Positions 1 through 15,890 of a stretch of DNA of 64,000 nucleotides are shown here, piece by piece. A program made the translations under genes and the position numbers. Each line of letters starts with the position of its first letter. Within the stretch, counting starts at the first letter, position 1. The notes beneath the pieces were generated by a model. The model ran no database searches. It saw nothing but the letters and a program-made list of their open reading frames with translations, and was not told the origin of the DNA. The DNA is taken from assembly GCF_009914755.1 (NCBI RefSeq), contig NC_060946.1. One strand, given 5' to 3'. Origin of the DNA: the human T2T-CHM13v2.0 reference genome, Homo sapiens.

Positions 1-64
1 GTGATTCGCCACCTCAGCCTCCCAAAGTGCCGGGATTACAGACATGAGCCACTGTGCCCGGCCG
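1..64 (-). mobile_element. Alu 5' end, cut by the window edge
   Basis: CCTCCCAAAGTGCCGGGATTACAGACATGAGCCAC. Confidence 0.9.
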
Positions 65-139
65 ACATCCTTTCTTTGACCATAAATTCCTATCAGAATT
101 CCTCTCTGTGTCAGACTTGTAAGAGGACCTCCAAGATTC

Positions 140-648
140 CCAAGCCCTGCTGTATCTCCCTATATAATCTCTCTGTGAAGATGAGCAGGACCTGGGAATA
201 CGATGGGATATCACGCATGTGATTATGCTGTGTTATAGAAGACTCAGGTTGAGCAGGATGAAGGGAGAAGTGCTCTTGCTGGCTTTGAAGAGGTGAGCTG
301 CTATGTGGCAGAGAGGACTCCTTTGCAGGGAGTGGTGTGTTCTCTCTAGGAGCTGAGAAAAGTCCTGGGTCAATAGCCATGTAGAGAGCAGAGCTCTCAG
401 TCCTGCAACCCACAAGGAACTGAATTCTTCCAACAACCAATGAATTTGGAAAAGGAAGTCAAGGCCCAGAGGAGAACCACAGCATGGCTGACACCTGCAT
501 TCAGCAGCCTTGCAAGAGCCTGAGCACAGGTCTGCCATAACTGGTACCTGGACTCCTGATCCATGGGAACTATGAGATAATACATGCGTGCTGTTTGAAG
601 CCACTTCATCTGTGGTAATTTCTTACACAGCAGTGGAAAACAAATACA
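140..648 (+). mobile_element. MLT1-type MaLR LTR
   Basis: Typical MLT1 blocks (CACAAGGAACTGAATTCT, TTTGAAGCCACT...TGTGGTAATTTCTTACACAGCA...AATACA). Confidence 0.7.
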
Positions 649-729
649 CTCCCCATGGACATGAAATGCACGATGAAGGACCTGTTACAACTGGATGCCA
701 TTTCATCTCCCATCAGGGATGCAGAAGAG

Positions 730-970
730 CACAGCGGTTAAGAACGAACTCTGGGGTTGAGCTACCTGGGTTCAAATCTCAGTTCTGCTACTTACTGTTA
801 TGACTTTGGGCAAATTACTTAACTTCTTTGTGCTTTGATCTGCCCCTCTGTAAAATGGGTCTAGTAAAAGTATCTATCTGAACTAACTTACCATAGAACT
901 TACTAAATGTAAACGCTTAGAACTATGACTGAAGCATAGCAAGGACTGCCCAAGTGCTTGCTAACATAAT
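730..970 (+). mobile_element. MIR
   Basis: CTGGGTTCAAATCTCAG...TGACTTTGGGCAAATTACTTAAC...TGTAAAATGGG core. Confidence 0.75.
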
Positions 971-1180
971 TAGCAAATCAACTGAATTTGTGTTTACAAA
1001 CACAGAAGATCAACTCCTTCATATTATAGACATGGAAACTGAGCTCCAGGGAGAAGTGTCTTGTTTAAGGCCAGAGGGACAAGGCTAGAGGGATAGGTCT
1101 AGATTCACAAACTAAATTTAACCGTGAAGGTAAAGGCTCTGGGAGTCCATAGGATAAAAAGTCTCATCCTAATCCATTCA

Positions 1181-1555
<375 letters not shown>

Positions 1556-1587
1556 TTAGTTTTGCCTTTTTGCCTTTTCCTTCTGGT

Positions 1588-2368
1588 GCAACAAAGTCTC
1601 TCTGCTTGATGAAATATTAGATGAACTCTAGTGAGCTCTCTTTCCAACTAGACCTTATCACTGGGCGCTGTCATCTTCAGCCTGCTGAGTTCAATTTTAA
1701 CAAGAATCCTGCTAAGTCATTTTAGAGGAAATCTCTCCCCTTTGACATCTGATCAAATTCTTTTTTTTTTTTTTTTTTTTTTTTTGAGATGGAGTCTCGC
1801 TCTACTGCCCAGGCTGGAGTGCAATGGCACGATCTCAGCTGGGCTCACTTCAACCTCTGCTTCCCAGGTTCAAGTGATTCTCCTGCTTCAGCCTCCTGAG
1901 TAGCTGGGATTACAGGCATGTGCCACCATGCCTGGCTAATTTTTTTTATTTTTAGTAGAGATGGGGTGATTTCACCATGTTGGTCAGGCTGTTCTCAAAC
2001 TCCTGACCTCAGGTGACCCTCCCATCTCAGCCTCCGAAAGTGCTGGGATTACAGGCGTAAACCACCATGTCTGGCCTGATCAAATTCTTTATACCCCACC
2101 TTTGGGGTCTAAGTTCTTGGACTGCCTCTAGCAATAATCCTGGTAAGTCAGTTTAGCAAGAACCAAGCAACCCTTGATGTGTCCTCTGAATAATTTTGCA
2201 TCCACTGACCCCCTCATTCCACTGGTTGGCTATCCATCTCCAGCTATCCTTGCTGTATTCAGAGCTGAATCCAAGCGCTCTCTCGTCTTGACACCTATTG
2301 TGGCAATAGTCCTGAATAGAGTCTCACTTACCGTTTTAACAGGTGTTAGAATAATTTTTTCCTTACTA
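1588..2368 (+). mobile_element. ERV1-class LTR (MER31/MER67-like), interrupted by an Alu
   Basis: ACAAAGTCTCTCTGCTTGA start and repeated AAGAATCCTGCTAAGTCA / GTAAGTCAGTTTAGCAAGAA blocks. Subfamily uncertain. Confidence 0.55.
1761..2076 (-). mobile_element. Alu
   Basis: Poly-T then antisense Alu; TSD TGATCAAATTCTTT. Confidence 0.95.
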
Positions 2369-3081
2369 GGTGTCATCTGTCTTAGAAGCCTTCCATGATC
2401 CCCGGCCTGGAGTGAGCACCCTTCTCCCAAGCTCCCATCACATCCTGGGCACCACTTCCCTTTACCAGCCTGTACGTCACTACTCACACACCCATCTGCC
2501 TCTCATGAGGGCAAGGATAGTGTCTTATTCATTTTTGAATAATTATCAGCTGGCACAGCTGTTGGACCCCCAGCAACTATTTTAAAAAATGAACCAATCA
2601 CTTGTTTACAGGAGGGTTTCTGTAGTGTCTAGTGGTGAATGCCAGACACACTGTTAAGGCTCCATAAATATCTGGAAATAAGGGGATTCTTAAAGGTGTA
2701 AGGAGACAGTGTTATGTGTGGTCCTCTGTATCACAAGGGGGTTCGTTAGAAAATGCAGAATCGCAGGCAGCACCAACAGAGTCAGACTTTCCTGAGACCC
2801 TCACAAACGATTCATATACACATTCAAGTGTGAGAAGCACTGGTACAGGCCAAGAAAAGATAAATTCCCCAAGGACTAGGCATATTCTGGCTACTAAAGT
2901 CCTTTCTAAAGCAAAGATTCCTTAATCTTGTGTTTATCTGAATCCCTAGGAAACTATCAAGACAATTGAAAACATGAGAATATAAGATGGGATAAAAATC
3001 AGTAAGCAAGAACTCAATAGGGAAAAAAAAAAAAGAATGAAAGCAAACATGAGCACTGGGGCCACGTGGGCCTAGGTCTGA

Positions 3082-3477
<396 letters not shown>

Positions 3478-3829
3478 TGATTAAATAAGAAAATGTATAT
3501 TGTCCAGCATATGTTTGTTCTCCATGACTCTCCAGCAGGAGTATGAAAAGGCTAAGACGCTAACTGAGCAGGGAACAGCTGGTCTGGCTGAGCCTACGTA
3601 TGACGGGTTTGGGAACATCATATGAGGCCAACCAACAGACTCCTGTCTGCTGATTTACTCCATGCTCCCTGTCCTTATACCTCACATTCATTTCACTCCC
3701 ATTCAGGAAGCTGTAGAGAACAGTCTTGGAGTCAGAGGAAAAAAAAAAAAGAGTTTGATTTGTGGCTTCACCAATTACTCAATCTCACCAAGCCTCAGTT
3801 TCCTCGTCTAGTAAATAATATCTTCTCAT

Positions 3830-4135
3830 GGCCAGTCACAGTGGTTCATGCCTGTAATCCCAGCACTTTGGGAGTCCGAAGCAGGTGGATCACTTGAGGC
3901 CAGGAGTTCGAGACCAGCCTGGCCAACATGGCAAAACCCTGTATCTAGTAAAAACACAAAAATTAGCCGGGTGTGGTGGCGTTCGCCTGTAATCCCAGCT
4001 ACTCAGGAGGCTGAGGTACAAGAACTGCTGGAATCCGGGGAGGCAGAGGTTGCAGTGAGCTGAGATTGTGCTACTGCACTCCAGCCTGGGCGACAGAGGG
4101 GACCCTGTCTCAAAAGAAAACAAATAAAACCCCAA
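3830..4135 (+). mobile_element. Alu
   Basis: Alu consensus. Confidence 0.95.
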
Positions 4136-4832
4136 AAAATCCCTTCTCTCATGGGAGTCCTGTAAGCTACGGAAGCAACAAATTTAGCACTCAGCGCCCA
4201 AGGGCTCCATTAATGGTAGCTGCGATTGCTTAAAGATAGCTCTGAACAATATTAGAACGTTGAAGGCAGATCTGTTGTCAAAGGACAGGATTACATCAAA
4301 GTCTTCCATCAATTTCTTTCTGCTGAATTAGACATGGGTTATGTTCAAATAACTCAGAGTTAATGAAATTGTGAAGCTCAGAATTGCCTTTCGCTTACTA
4401 CAAGATGCACTAGACTGCAGAAGGCATCACTTACGTAGGTTTTCCTGGGATTCGGGGGTCTGAGAGTGATCAGCCGATTGTGACCCAGTACCCAGGGACC
4501 ACCAAGAAAACAGAGGCATTTCTCAGAGACTTCTAAGTGGAGCTTTTTACCTTGAGGCCGATTGCTAGGCCGCTGCACATAAAGAGGCCTCTATGCGCTC
4601 CCATTGCATTGGTGCTGGAATCAGTAGGGTGACGCAGTTTTCTATCACTTACGTAGAAGATGTTTCTGATCTTCTCAATATTAAATGTTGATCTTAACAT
4701 TCATGGGGAAAGGAACCAAGTCACTTAGTTTTACCTAAGTATTATATAATCTTTGGGGAGGGTGAAGATTCAAAGCTGGAATATTAATGAGCTAGATTAT
4801 GTGGACCCATACATAATGGCAAAATTCAAGAA

Positions 4833-5191
<359 letters not shown>

Positions 5192-5301
5192 TAAAAAAAC
5201 TATGAAGGTTCACATTTATATCCACACATAATAAACATGCATTCTAACACAAAAAGCATTTCAACTGAAACTGATGAATATCTTAATAGCTGTTAAAAAA
5301 C

Positions 5302-5598
5302 TTTTTTTTTTTTTTTTTGAGATGGAGTCTCACTCTGTTGCCTAGGCTGGAGTGCATGGCGCGATCTTGGCTCATTGCAAGCTCCGTCCCCCGGGTTCTC
5401 ACCATTCTCCTGCCTCAGCCTCCCAAGTAGCTGGGACTACTGGTGCCCGCCACCACGCCCGGCTAATTTTTTGTATTTTTAGTAGAGATGGGGTTTCACC
5501 ATGTTAGCCAGGATGGTCTCGATCTCCTGACCTCGTGATCTGCCTGCCTCGGCCTCCCAAAGTGCTGGGATTACAGGCATGAGCCACCGCGCCCGGCC
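5302..5598 (-). mobile_element. Alu (Y-like)
   Basis: GCAAGCTCCG and TTAGCCAGGATGGTCTCGATC diagnostics. Confidence 0.95.
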
Positions 5599-6599
5599 TA
5601 GTTGTTATAAAACTTTTAAGCAGGTAGAAAATAATCACTTTCATTGTCTGGTAATAAGGCGACTAAGTTAGTGACATATTATAGTACACATTGCCTTAGG
5701 GACCCACATATTGAATCATCTCAGAAATGTATACATGTGGATGGTAAACCTTCTGAATCTGGCTTTTTAGCACTACTTGCCATAAAATTTTGTCACATAA
5801 TATGCTATATAACATTAATAAACTCAAAAAATTACATATGCATACAGACCTATGCATAGCCTTGTGTATGCATGTTTATTTTTCATTCAAAACACTGAAC
5901 TAACAAAACAACTTCTGAATTTAACCCTTGTATTTTGGTTATACAAGACAATGTTATGTTTTAAAAAAATACACACTAAAGTATTTAAATTTAAAGGGGC
6001 ATGGTATCTACAATTCATTTTCAAATGTTTGAGGAAAAAAACTATGAAGAGTATGTGGCAAAATGTTAACAAATGGTTAATCTAAATGTAAGGGATAAAG
6101 TTATTTGTATTATCCTTGCAATTTTCCTGTTAGTTTTCAAACTTACAGTTTCAAAAATAAATGAAACTAAAACAAAACTAAAACCGTTTCTGTGAAAGTC
6201 TTAAGGTGAAACCAGCCTTGGCATTATCTGTTTACTTTTCTGCTGTCTAATGAATTGCACTTACATGAAAGTAGACTGTACCTGGTTCACTGTTGCATTC
6301 ATAATGTCCACCAATGAGTAGATGCTCAATACATTACTTGTGGAATTCAGAAAAAAATGATAAAAAGTGCAGTGAAATTACTGATGTCACTAGAGCCCTT
6401 ATTTTCTTTCTTCAGCACCACTTACCCAGGAATCTGTCAAAGCTTTGCTCTCAGTGAGCCCTGTCAATCATTTCATGACATTGTCCTGGCCTCATTGATC
6501 AGATGGCCTTGGTACGACACCTTGGGAAACACTTTCCCAGAACTGCCTGGCATTTTTTCATTCCAGAAGACATTATCTCTTAAGACTATATTAACCTGA

Positions 6600-6941
<342 letters not shown>

Positions 6942-9401
6942 TCACAGTCAGAAACCCCACATTTTTGTGGCACCCCCATTACCTCCTTTTGGATATCACC
7001 AGTTATTTCTTGAAATTAAAGGACACTTCTTAAAAGGAGTTTTGTTAAATGAATGGAAACAAAGATCATGGTATATCCGACATTAGATCCTATGGGTCTG
7101 AAACCTCTTAGAATGCATATGGCAGATAAGTGACATTTCATAAACTTGAATGGCACTAAGCTGAATAATAAACCCTTAGGGTTAAAAAAAAATGAGGAAA
7201 ACGAAGTATATGAAGTACATGAAGATACGACTGTACAAGCCTCGCAGCTAAGCTGATTTCAGTATTGTATGGGAAGGCAGTAGCACATTTTAGTGGAAAG
7301 ACAGGGGTTTTTGAAGCCAGCCAGATTTTGGTTCAAATTCTGGCATTCCATTAGCAGCCTGTGTGGTCTTGGGCAAGTCACATTAATTTCTCTGGGAGCT
7401 AGTTTTATTAGCTAAATAATGGGGATAATAATACCTCCCTTATTTTATAACATAGCTGTGAGGATCCATCATTGCCAACTACCATAGAAGTCTTGGTTCA
7501 ATAAAGGGTAGTTCTTATTATCTCTACCAAGAGTGTGAAGGAGCTGTGTCTGAGAGGGGATTTGAATCACATTTCTTTCACTAACACAGAGCTCCCTAAA
7601 GGCCTGGTGACCACAAATGAAGCCTTAACTCAAAGACAGTAGAGTCTTTGAAAGGAACAGAATTAAAGTAGGGTCTGTCCTTTCATGATGGGGCACAAAG
7701 AGGCTATTAGTCAACTCAGCAAATATGTGCTCTGTAAATCAGCTCAACACATTCAGAGAGATCACTCTGAAGCAGCATGCTAAGTCAGGGTACAAGGGAG
7801 AGCTTAAAACTTAGTGTCTCTACCTGAGCCATGTAATCTAAGAAACAACCCAGGAGAAGCATTCAGAGAATCAATTACTATCCCCTAGAGTGGAACCCAG
7901 CTGTCTGAATATGATTATAGATCACCCAGGTCTATTTCAAATTAATTTTCAGGAAGTCCATGAGCATAGCAAGATTTGGCATATTTTAGGAGATTGCTGT
8001 CTGGACTGTGTGTGTTATTGGATGGATGTTGAAGGAAGAAGACTAGAAATCCAAGAATCTTCCTACATAGGTTCAAATTCTCTTGTCTGTCACTGTTTCA
8101 TATCTGTTTCCTTCTTATTGGGAAAGGAAGTAGCATTGCAGGTTATGTGCCTTTGGATTCAAAGAAGTAGGATTTGATTTAAATTCTAGGTCTGCCATAT
8201 ATTAACCATGTGAATTTGGAGGAGTTACTTAATTACACAGAATGCATTCAGGTTCCCCAAGTAGAAATGTTAATATCCACTTTGCAGTTTTGCTCCAAGG
8301 GTTCGGTGAACTCATGCCTGCCAAAGGCTTCTGCACATAGTGGTTACTGAAAACATCTCAGTTCCCCTCCACACTGACTGTTAAGGGGACCAAATGAGGG
8401 AACCTTGTCCTTCCTCTCAACTGAAAGCCAAGATTAGTATTGGCTTATTTAAGCATGAAAACATCTGTGTGACACATTTAAAGGCCTGTTTTACCCCCCA
8501 GGGAATTGATGCAAAGAAATCAACATCTTTTGCAATTACCTCTGCCCAAATGGCTACAGCTCCCCACACATAAGCTGGGGCTGGCAGTGAACTGCTGCTC
8601 CCAGTGTAAGTTCTGGGAATGCAGGCTGCTGGCTCTGCGGACCTCAGCCTCCATTGGGTTGGCAGCCTCTCTGTTGAAGTTGGGCATCCGCCAATGTCTG
8701 AGCTCCAGCCTTCAGTGAGATTGGCTTACAGTGTAAGGCACCTGTCTTTGGGGAAATAGGATTTTCTCCTGTTGGTGTGAAGTATCAGTTTCTGGCCTTA
8801 ATAAATTCACTGTACGTGAAGGTACATCATCTTCTAGTTTATGCCTATTGTGTAAAAATAATTAGCACCTTTCATTCTCAGAAGTGACCCGATTTAGATG
8901 ACAAATTACATGGTCACCAGCTACGCCCATAAAAATGCAAGTGAAAGCAAGGTGGCTGGGCATGAGTCAGGGGCCAAGCAAAATTTTAAAAATAAAAAGG
9001 CTTTAGGGAATTAAAAATGGATTTTTAACATTGAGGAACCAGTGCTACCATCAGGTTTTCACTTGGCTCAAGTAGCTGGTAATGATTAATTCAAAACCTG
9101 TATCGGTATGTGTACATCTCCTAACAGTGGTCCTCTCTAGGGAAGGAGGAGAAATTAGTGAGTGCCTCTGTATCTGTGTATCTGTCTGTGTGTGCTTGTG
9201 TGTACACAGGGGAGAGAGAAAGTCAATGATATGCTGCTGGTAAATATTTAACAACTAGCTCTTGGGGATGGGGACAGAGGAATCACTGAACGTGGAAACT
9301 GGAAATATGCCCAAAAAGGCCTTGTGAGCATGTAGAAGCTGGCCTGGCACACCACTGAACAAATTGGACTTTGACATGTACTTTCAAAATTTTTGTTCTG
9401 C

Positions 9402-9427
9402 TTTATACATATATGTCACTTTTTATT
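9402..9427 (-). terminator. Possible distal poly(A) signals (AATAAA 9427-9422, TATAAA 9407-9402)
   Basis: Hexamers on the minus strand with several UGUA upstream. The AT-rich context makes chance occurrence possible. Confidence 0.45.
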
Positions 9428-9949
9428 TATAAATGCTTTGTATATAGGCTATATACTTGTATGCTCTGTCTACATATATATTTACATACATACATAAGCC
9501 TAGCTAGATCTATGCAAAAATTAGTCCTAATGGTAATTTTCCTAATTCTTGTATAAATTTCCGTGTAACATCCACTTGAGCATGTAACATCGTGAGTGAT
9601 CTCACAAACCGGATTGCTATAGGGTCCCACATGACTACCAGGCCCAAGGATGGGATGTTCCCTTTACAATTGATTACCAGGATTTACCCTCCTAGCCCAC
9701 ATCTGGTAGAAGACAACATCTGGCTCCAGTGTTGAGAAAGATGCGGAATGGAAAACTTGAAGATGGTTTGAGTTAGAGACAGAGTGGGATCTAACTTCAG
9801 GCAAAAGGGGAAAAAAAAGGCTAAAGTTCAAATGATGAGAAAAATAGAATGGGGGAACAGAAAGTGTGAAGTTGCTGTTTATCCACTGCAATTTAGCTCT
9901 CTATGTCAAGGTGTGTCTCAGTAGCTTCCTGCAAGAGTGGGAGGGGAAT

Positions 9950-11299
9950 GGGGAAGAAACAGTCTGTACTTTCATTTATTAAATGCAGCTTTCGCTGGTC
10001 ACATTGCAACTCAATACAAACAGCCCAGCAGAGGGTAGGGCATTAACTCTTGTTCTCATCAATGTAAACACAATATTAATATTGAAGATTAAAGAAAATG
10101 GGTAAAAAGTCCAGTGTCTCCTCAATCTGTGTGAAGGTGAAGGTGGTTGCCTACCCTTGGACAGGTCCCAAAGGGAGACTGAGGTTGTCACCTCTTCCCA
10201 TCCACAGTGAAGCAGGCAAGAACCAGAGGAACCCAATCACTTTCTTCCTGTAGGTCTCCAGATGGATACGTGAATCTTCAGAACTGGGCTTTCATGAATT
10301 ATGAAAGTTCTTCGAAAGGCCTGAGAGGTTCGTACCTTGTGTGTGCACTGAAGTAGTTCCTTCAAAGCCCTTTCCCATGAATCAGTCACTGCCAATAGAA
10401 AATGTGACCGGTGTAAAACAGCCAGCCCTCGTAATTCCGCAGTCCCCATCGCTATAGCCCCTGGATTCTGGAGAGTAGGGAGTTCAAAGTCACGGGAGCC
10501 TCGGTGATCATCCTGAAGGAAGCTGCCCATGTTTAAATATCGGCCGAAGATGCTTGACCTCCTTCCTGGGCCACTGCTGATAGAGGGTGGTTGGTAGAGG
10601 CAGCTGATTTTCCTTTAGAGCCTCAAAGGATCAGATTTTCTATTTTGGATTGCCAGCCCCAAAAATAAACAAAACCCCCAAAGAAAAACAAAACAAAACA
10701 GGAGTGACTTTGGGGATAAGGAAACCCATCAACCCCACCTCCAGGACCCTCTGGTTACAATGTCCCCATTGGGTTTTTCCAAGTGGTTGGTTTAGATCAT
10801 CGGTTTGCCCTCCGTTTGAATGCCCAGCTACATTGCAGGGCAAAGGGGAAAGTTTTCACTTAATAAAGACAATTTCACTTCTATTTCCTGGGACGAATAA
10901 CCCCTAGAACCCTGACTTCCCTTTCTCCCCAGTTATGATGGGAAGCATAATTATTAAAAAGCATCCAGAACATCCTAAAGCCCTGCCCTGATCTTGTGGC
11001 TTTGCAGTAAGATGATAACCCTTTTACTCCCTGTCACCCCTTGATTTCCCATTCTTGAAGAGACTCATCTAGGTGGGCTGCATAGCTAACCTCTGGGAAT
11101 GCAGGGTTGTGGGGCAGAGAGGGACTGGCTGGATCCTTGTCCAAGGTCTCTGTAGTGAGGGCAGCTTGGCTGGGCCAAAGAGATAAATAAAAACAAACCG
11201 AAAAAGCATGGCTCAATTTTGAATTTGAAGGCCGGGCCCCAAACAGCGAGTGGCACTTCCCCTACAGCATGTCTCCCCCTAGTGGTGGGCTTCTTGGTG
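9950..11299 (-). other. LARGE1: LARGE1 3'UTR up to the proximal poly(A) site (end approximate)
   Basis: Repeat-free sequence between the stop codon and AATAAA at 9980-9975. Confidence 0.8.
9975..9980 (-). terminator. Proximal polyadenylation signal AATAAA
   Basis: Plus-strand TTTATT. UGUA element about 35 nt upstream (10018-10015) and U/GU-rich sequence downstream. Confidence 0.8.
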
Positions 11300-11542
<243 letters not shown>

Positions 11543-13171
11543 TCATGCATGATGAAGGCCCAAGCGAATGATTGAATGGCTAGTGAATGAATGACTTGAT
11601 AATGGCACCCACAAGCAGATGGCAAAGGACAGCACAACAGCTTTGGAGTGGGGTAATTCAGGGCTGTTTCCATGACCTTGGACCAGGAAACTGGCTTCTC
11701 TGAGCCTTCATGTTCTCATCTATAAGGTGAAAGTAATAATATTCTTGAATGATGACCATGACGGAGAAGCCAATACTGTATAAACAGTGCTGAGCCGAGC
11801 TCATGGCCTAGAAAAGGTTTCTTGATAAATAGATGTGAGCTCACACCCACATGGACAGTCTAGGATGACACACGCCATGGGATATTCTCTTGCTCGATTA
11901 ACTGACATCTGTTTATGATTCCTCATAGGACTTGATGCGATCTGACAGTCTCAACAGATGAGTGCAAAAGAGGGTACAAAACAGGAATGAGAGACCAGAT
12001 GAAATAAAAACAAGTATTTTGCTGGACCTAAGCTCACCAAGAACAAACCTCTCCCTGACACATCTTTATCGCAGGTCACACTGTCACCCAGTATTCTCAA
12101 CTTGGCAGAATACAGCTTAATACTCAGGCCAAAAATAAAAGGCCTCTGAATAGCCAAAACAGGTGACCCAGATTTAGGTCATATCGCTTAGAGGAGAACT
12201 CAGCACACTTTTACTCAGATCTATTTACTCTCATTTTGGACATATTGTCTGACAAGCTTTTGTTATCTAGTTTCCCAGCTCAGAGCAGATAAGAATAAAC
12301 TCAGGGATAACTGGGATGGGGAAAGGCGGCTGTTTTAGGTAGAACAATACAACAGCAGCAAGAAAAGACAGTTGCTGGTGAGGAATGAGTGAGAAAAACC
12401 ATCAAAAGAAAATGCAAGATCTCCCAGAGCTGAACTGTCTGGGACATTTAATGGAGGGACAAAGAACCCCACCAACCGCACTAGCCCCATGGGTGTGGGT
12501 GTTAATACCTGGCAGGTGTGCACTCATTATTTCCTTAAGGTACTGGAAAAGGTTAAGAGTATGTCTGGGACATGCTATTCGCAAAGAAAAAAAAGAAAAT
12601 ATGCAACGTATTTTCAAGAATTCTGTCAAAACTGTCCAAAACAAACAAAGCCCAGGTCTCATGGCTAGAAAAATTAACTTTCTTTGAACTAGTTCATCTC
12701 ACAGCACTGCTGGACACATGAACATGACATTCCTTTTAAGCAGAAGCTGAGGCTGACTGAACACTGTTGTCTGTGAGTGGCACTCTGCTCATTCAAAGTA
12801 TTATAAAAAATATGGATACTGACAGCCCTGCTTTCTGTTGTTAAATATGGACATGATTCTATAACCTATCTACATCAGTGTTCTCAACCCTAACGCCTCT
12901 CAATCACCTGGGGCTGTTCTCAAACATATTGGAACTATTGGAAGGAAAGTTCTCCTGGTGATTCTCATGAACGGCCAGCGCTCAGTATCCAACCTTAGCT
13001 TTTTCTGAATTGGAGGTGCTCTTGTTGAAAAATATTTGCACTGTGCACCAGGAGGAGAGATCTTGGAGAAGAGCATACAAAAGAAAAGAAAAGAAAAAAA
13101 AAAAAAGGCTGGAGGGACCGAGGAATCCTTCTTCTAATTTAACCAGAGCAGTTTTGCTTTTGTTTGTTTAA

Positions 13172-13380
13172 CACAGGGGCTGAAAAATTGAAGCATGTCT
13201 GGTCCATTTCATGTTTTTGTACACAAAGTTTTATTGAAACAGCCACACCCATTTGTTTAAAGACTGTAAGACTGAACTACAATAGCAGAGTTAAGTAGTT
13301 GAAAAGGAGACCTGTAGGTCCCATGAAGCTCAAAACACTTACTATCTGGTCCTTTACAGAAAATGTGTGCTGATCCTTGG
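13172..13380 (+). mobile_element. MER58-like hAT-Charlie MITE
   Basis: TTTTATTGAAACAGCCACACCCATT...GCAGAGTTAAGTAGTTG...TACTATCTGGTCCTTTACAGAAAA. Confidence 0.75.
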
Positions 13381-13884
13381 TTTCACCTACTAGAATTCTG
13401 TAGAAGATTCATACTTTGAAGTAGGAGCTCAATACGTATCAGTTGGATGAATGAAGGAGTTCGTGATTAAACACAGTCTCAAAGTCGCCACTCTTTTAGT
13501 AATGATGGATGCATCTATTAATCTTTTAGTAAAGGGTGGAATAACTAGCTGCATCTTAGCAGCATGCTTTGTCATGTATATGGAACTCTAAGGATGCTTC
13601 GTGTCTGTTACGTGACTCAAAGACCAAGTGATGAATGGTCACATTTGCTTGTCTTCATCATCAGGTTGGGTGAGGATGAGAAGATGAAATGGTTTGTCAC
13701 AGGAAACTCACATTTACCTGGGTCCTGGCCAAGAACCCAACTCTCACCCAAGGGTTGAGGAAGGAGCAATGGTTTGGGATCAAGAGCCCAAGGATCAGTA
13801 CTACCACTGGTCCTCAAGCATATCTTGTTCCCTCTTAGCTCTCTGCTTTCTTGTCTCCAAGGATCCCTTAAGCTCTAGGATCTA

Positions 13885-14667
<783 letters not shown>

Positions 14668-14794
14668 TCCCATCTGCTATCTGCACATTTCACTAACGAG
14701 GAGATTCTCACTATGAAAAGGAACTCCTGGAGGGCTCCATGTCATTTCTCAGGAATTGACTGCAGGTGAGCTTGTGTAGTGATTGCTGCCAGAC

Positions 14795-15346
14795 TGTGGT
14801 AGGAGTATCAGACGGTCCCCCATGACTCTCACCCTGTCCAATGCTCTCCCCTTGAGGCAGAACCTGTGAGTATGTATGTGATCACTCCTGGGATTATGGT
14901 ACATTATATGGCAGAAGGGATTGTTCTAGATATAAATAAGGTTACTCACCACTTTACTTTGTGTGAAAATGGGAGATGATTGAATCATGTGACCCTTTAG
15001 ACCTGGGTCTGGAAGAAAGCAAGGAGCTATGTTGGGAGCTGCCTATGGGGGCCATGTGGCAAATTAACTAGACTCTAGGAGAGCAGTCCCTGGCCAAAAG
15101 CCAGCAGGAAAATGGGACCTTAGGCCTAGGAACGAAAGGAGAGAAATTCTGCTAACCACCAGTGATCTGGGAAGAGGAGAAATGCAGGTCTGCTGACTCC
15201 TTGATTTCAGCCCAGTGAGATCCCAAGCAGAGAATCCAGTCATTCCATGCCTGAATCTCTGATCCCTAGAGACTGTGAGATCACAAATTTGTTTCAAGCT
15301 GCTATGTTTGTGGTAATTTGTTATACAGTAGTAGCAAATGAATACA
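14795..15346 (+). mobile_element. MLT1E/F-type MaLR LTR
   Basis: TGTGGTAG start and GTTTGTGGTAATTTGTTATACAG...GAATACA end. Confidence 0.65.
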
Positions 15347-15415
15347 ATCATATAACCACAATAAGAAGCAGCTAATATTAGTTAACCACTTACTGTGTAC
15401 TGGGACTATTTTAAA

Positions 15416-15461
<46 letters not shown>
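15416..15461. repeat. Compound (TC)n(CA)15 microsatellite
   Basis: Read directly from sequence. Confidence 0.97.
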
Positions 15462-15464
<3 letters not shown>

Positions 15465-15575
15465 GATATTGTTTTAAATTCTTATAACTTACCAAATGTC
15501 AAAGTACAAGTAGTCAGTGGTGGAGTTGTGATTCAAACCCGGGAAGCCTTGCTCAAAGGCCAGGAGCCTCCTTAA

Positions 15576-15890
<315 letters not shown>

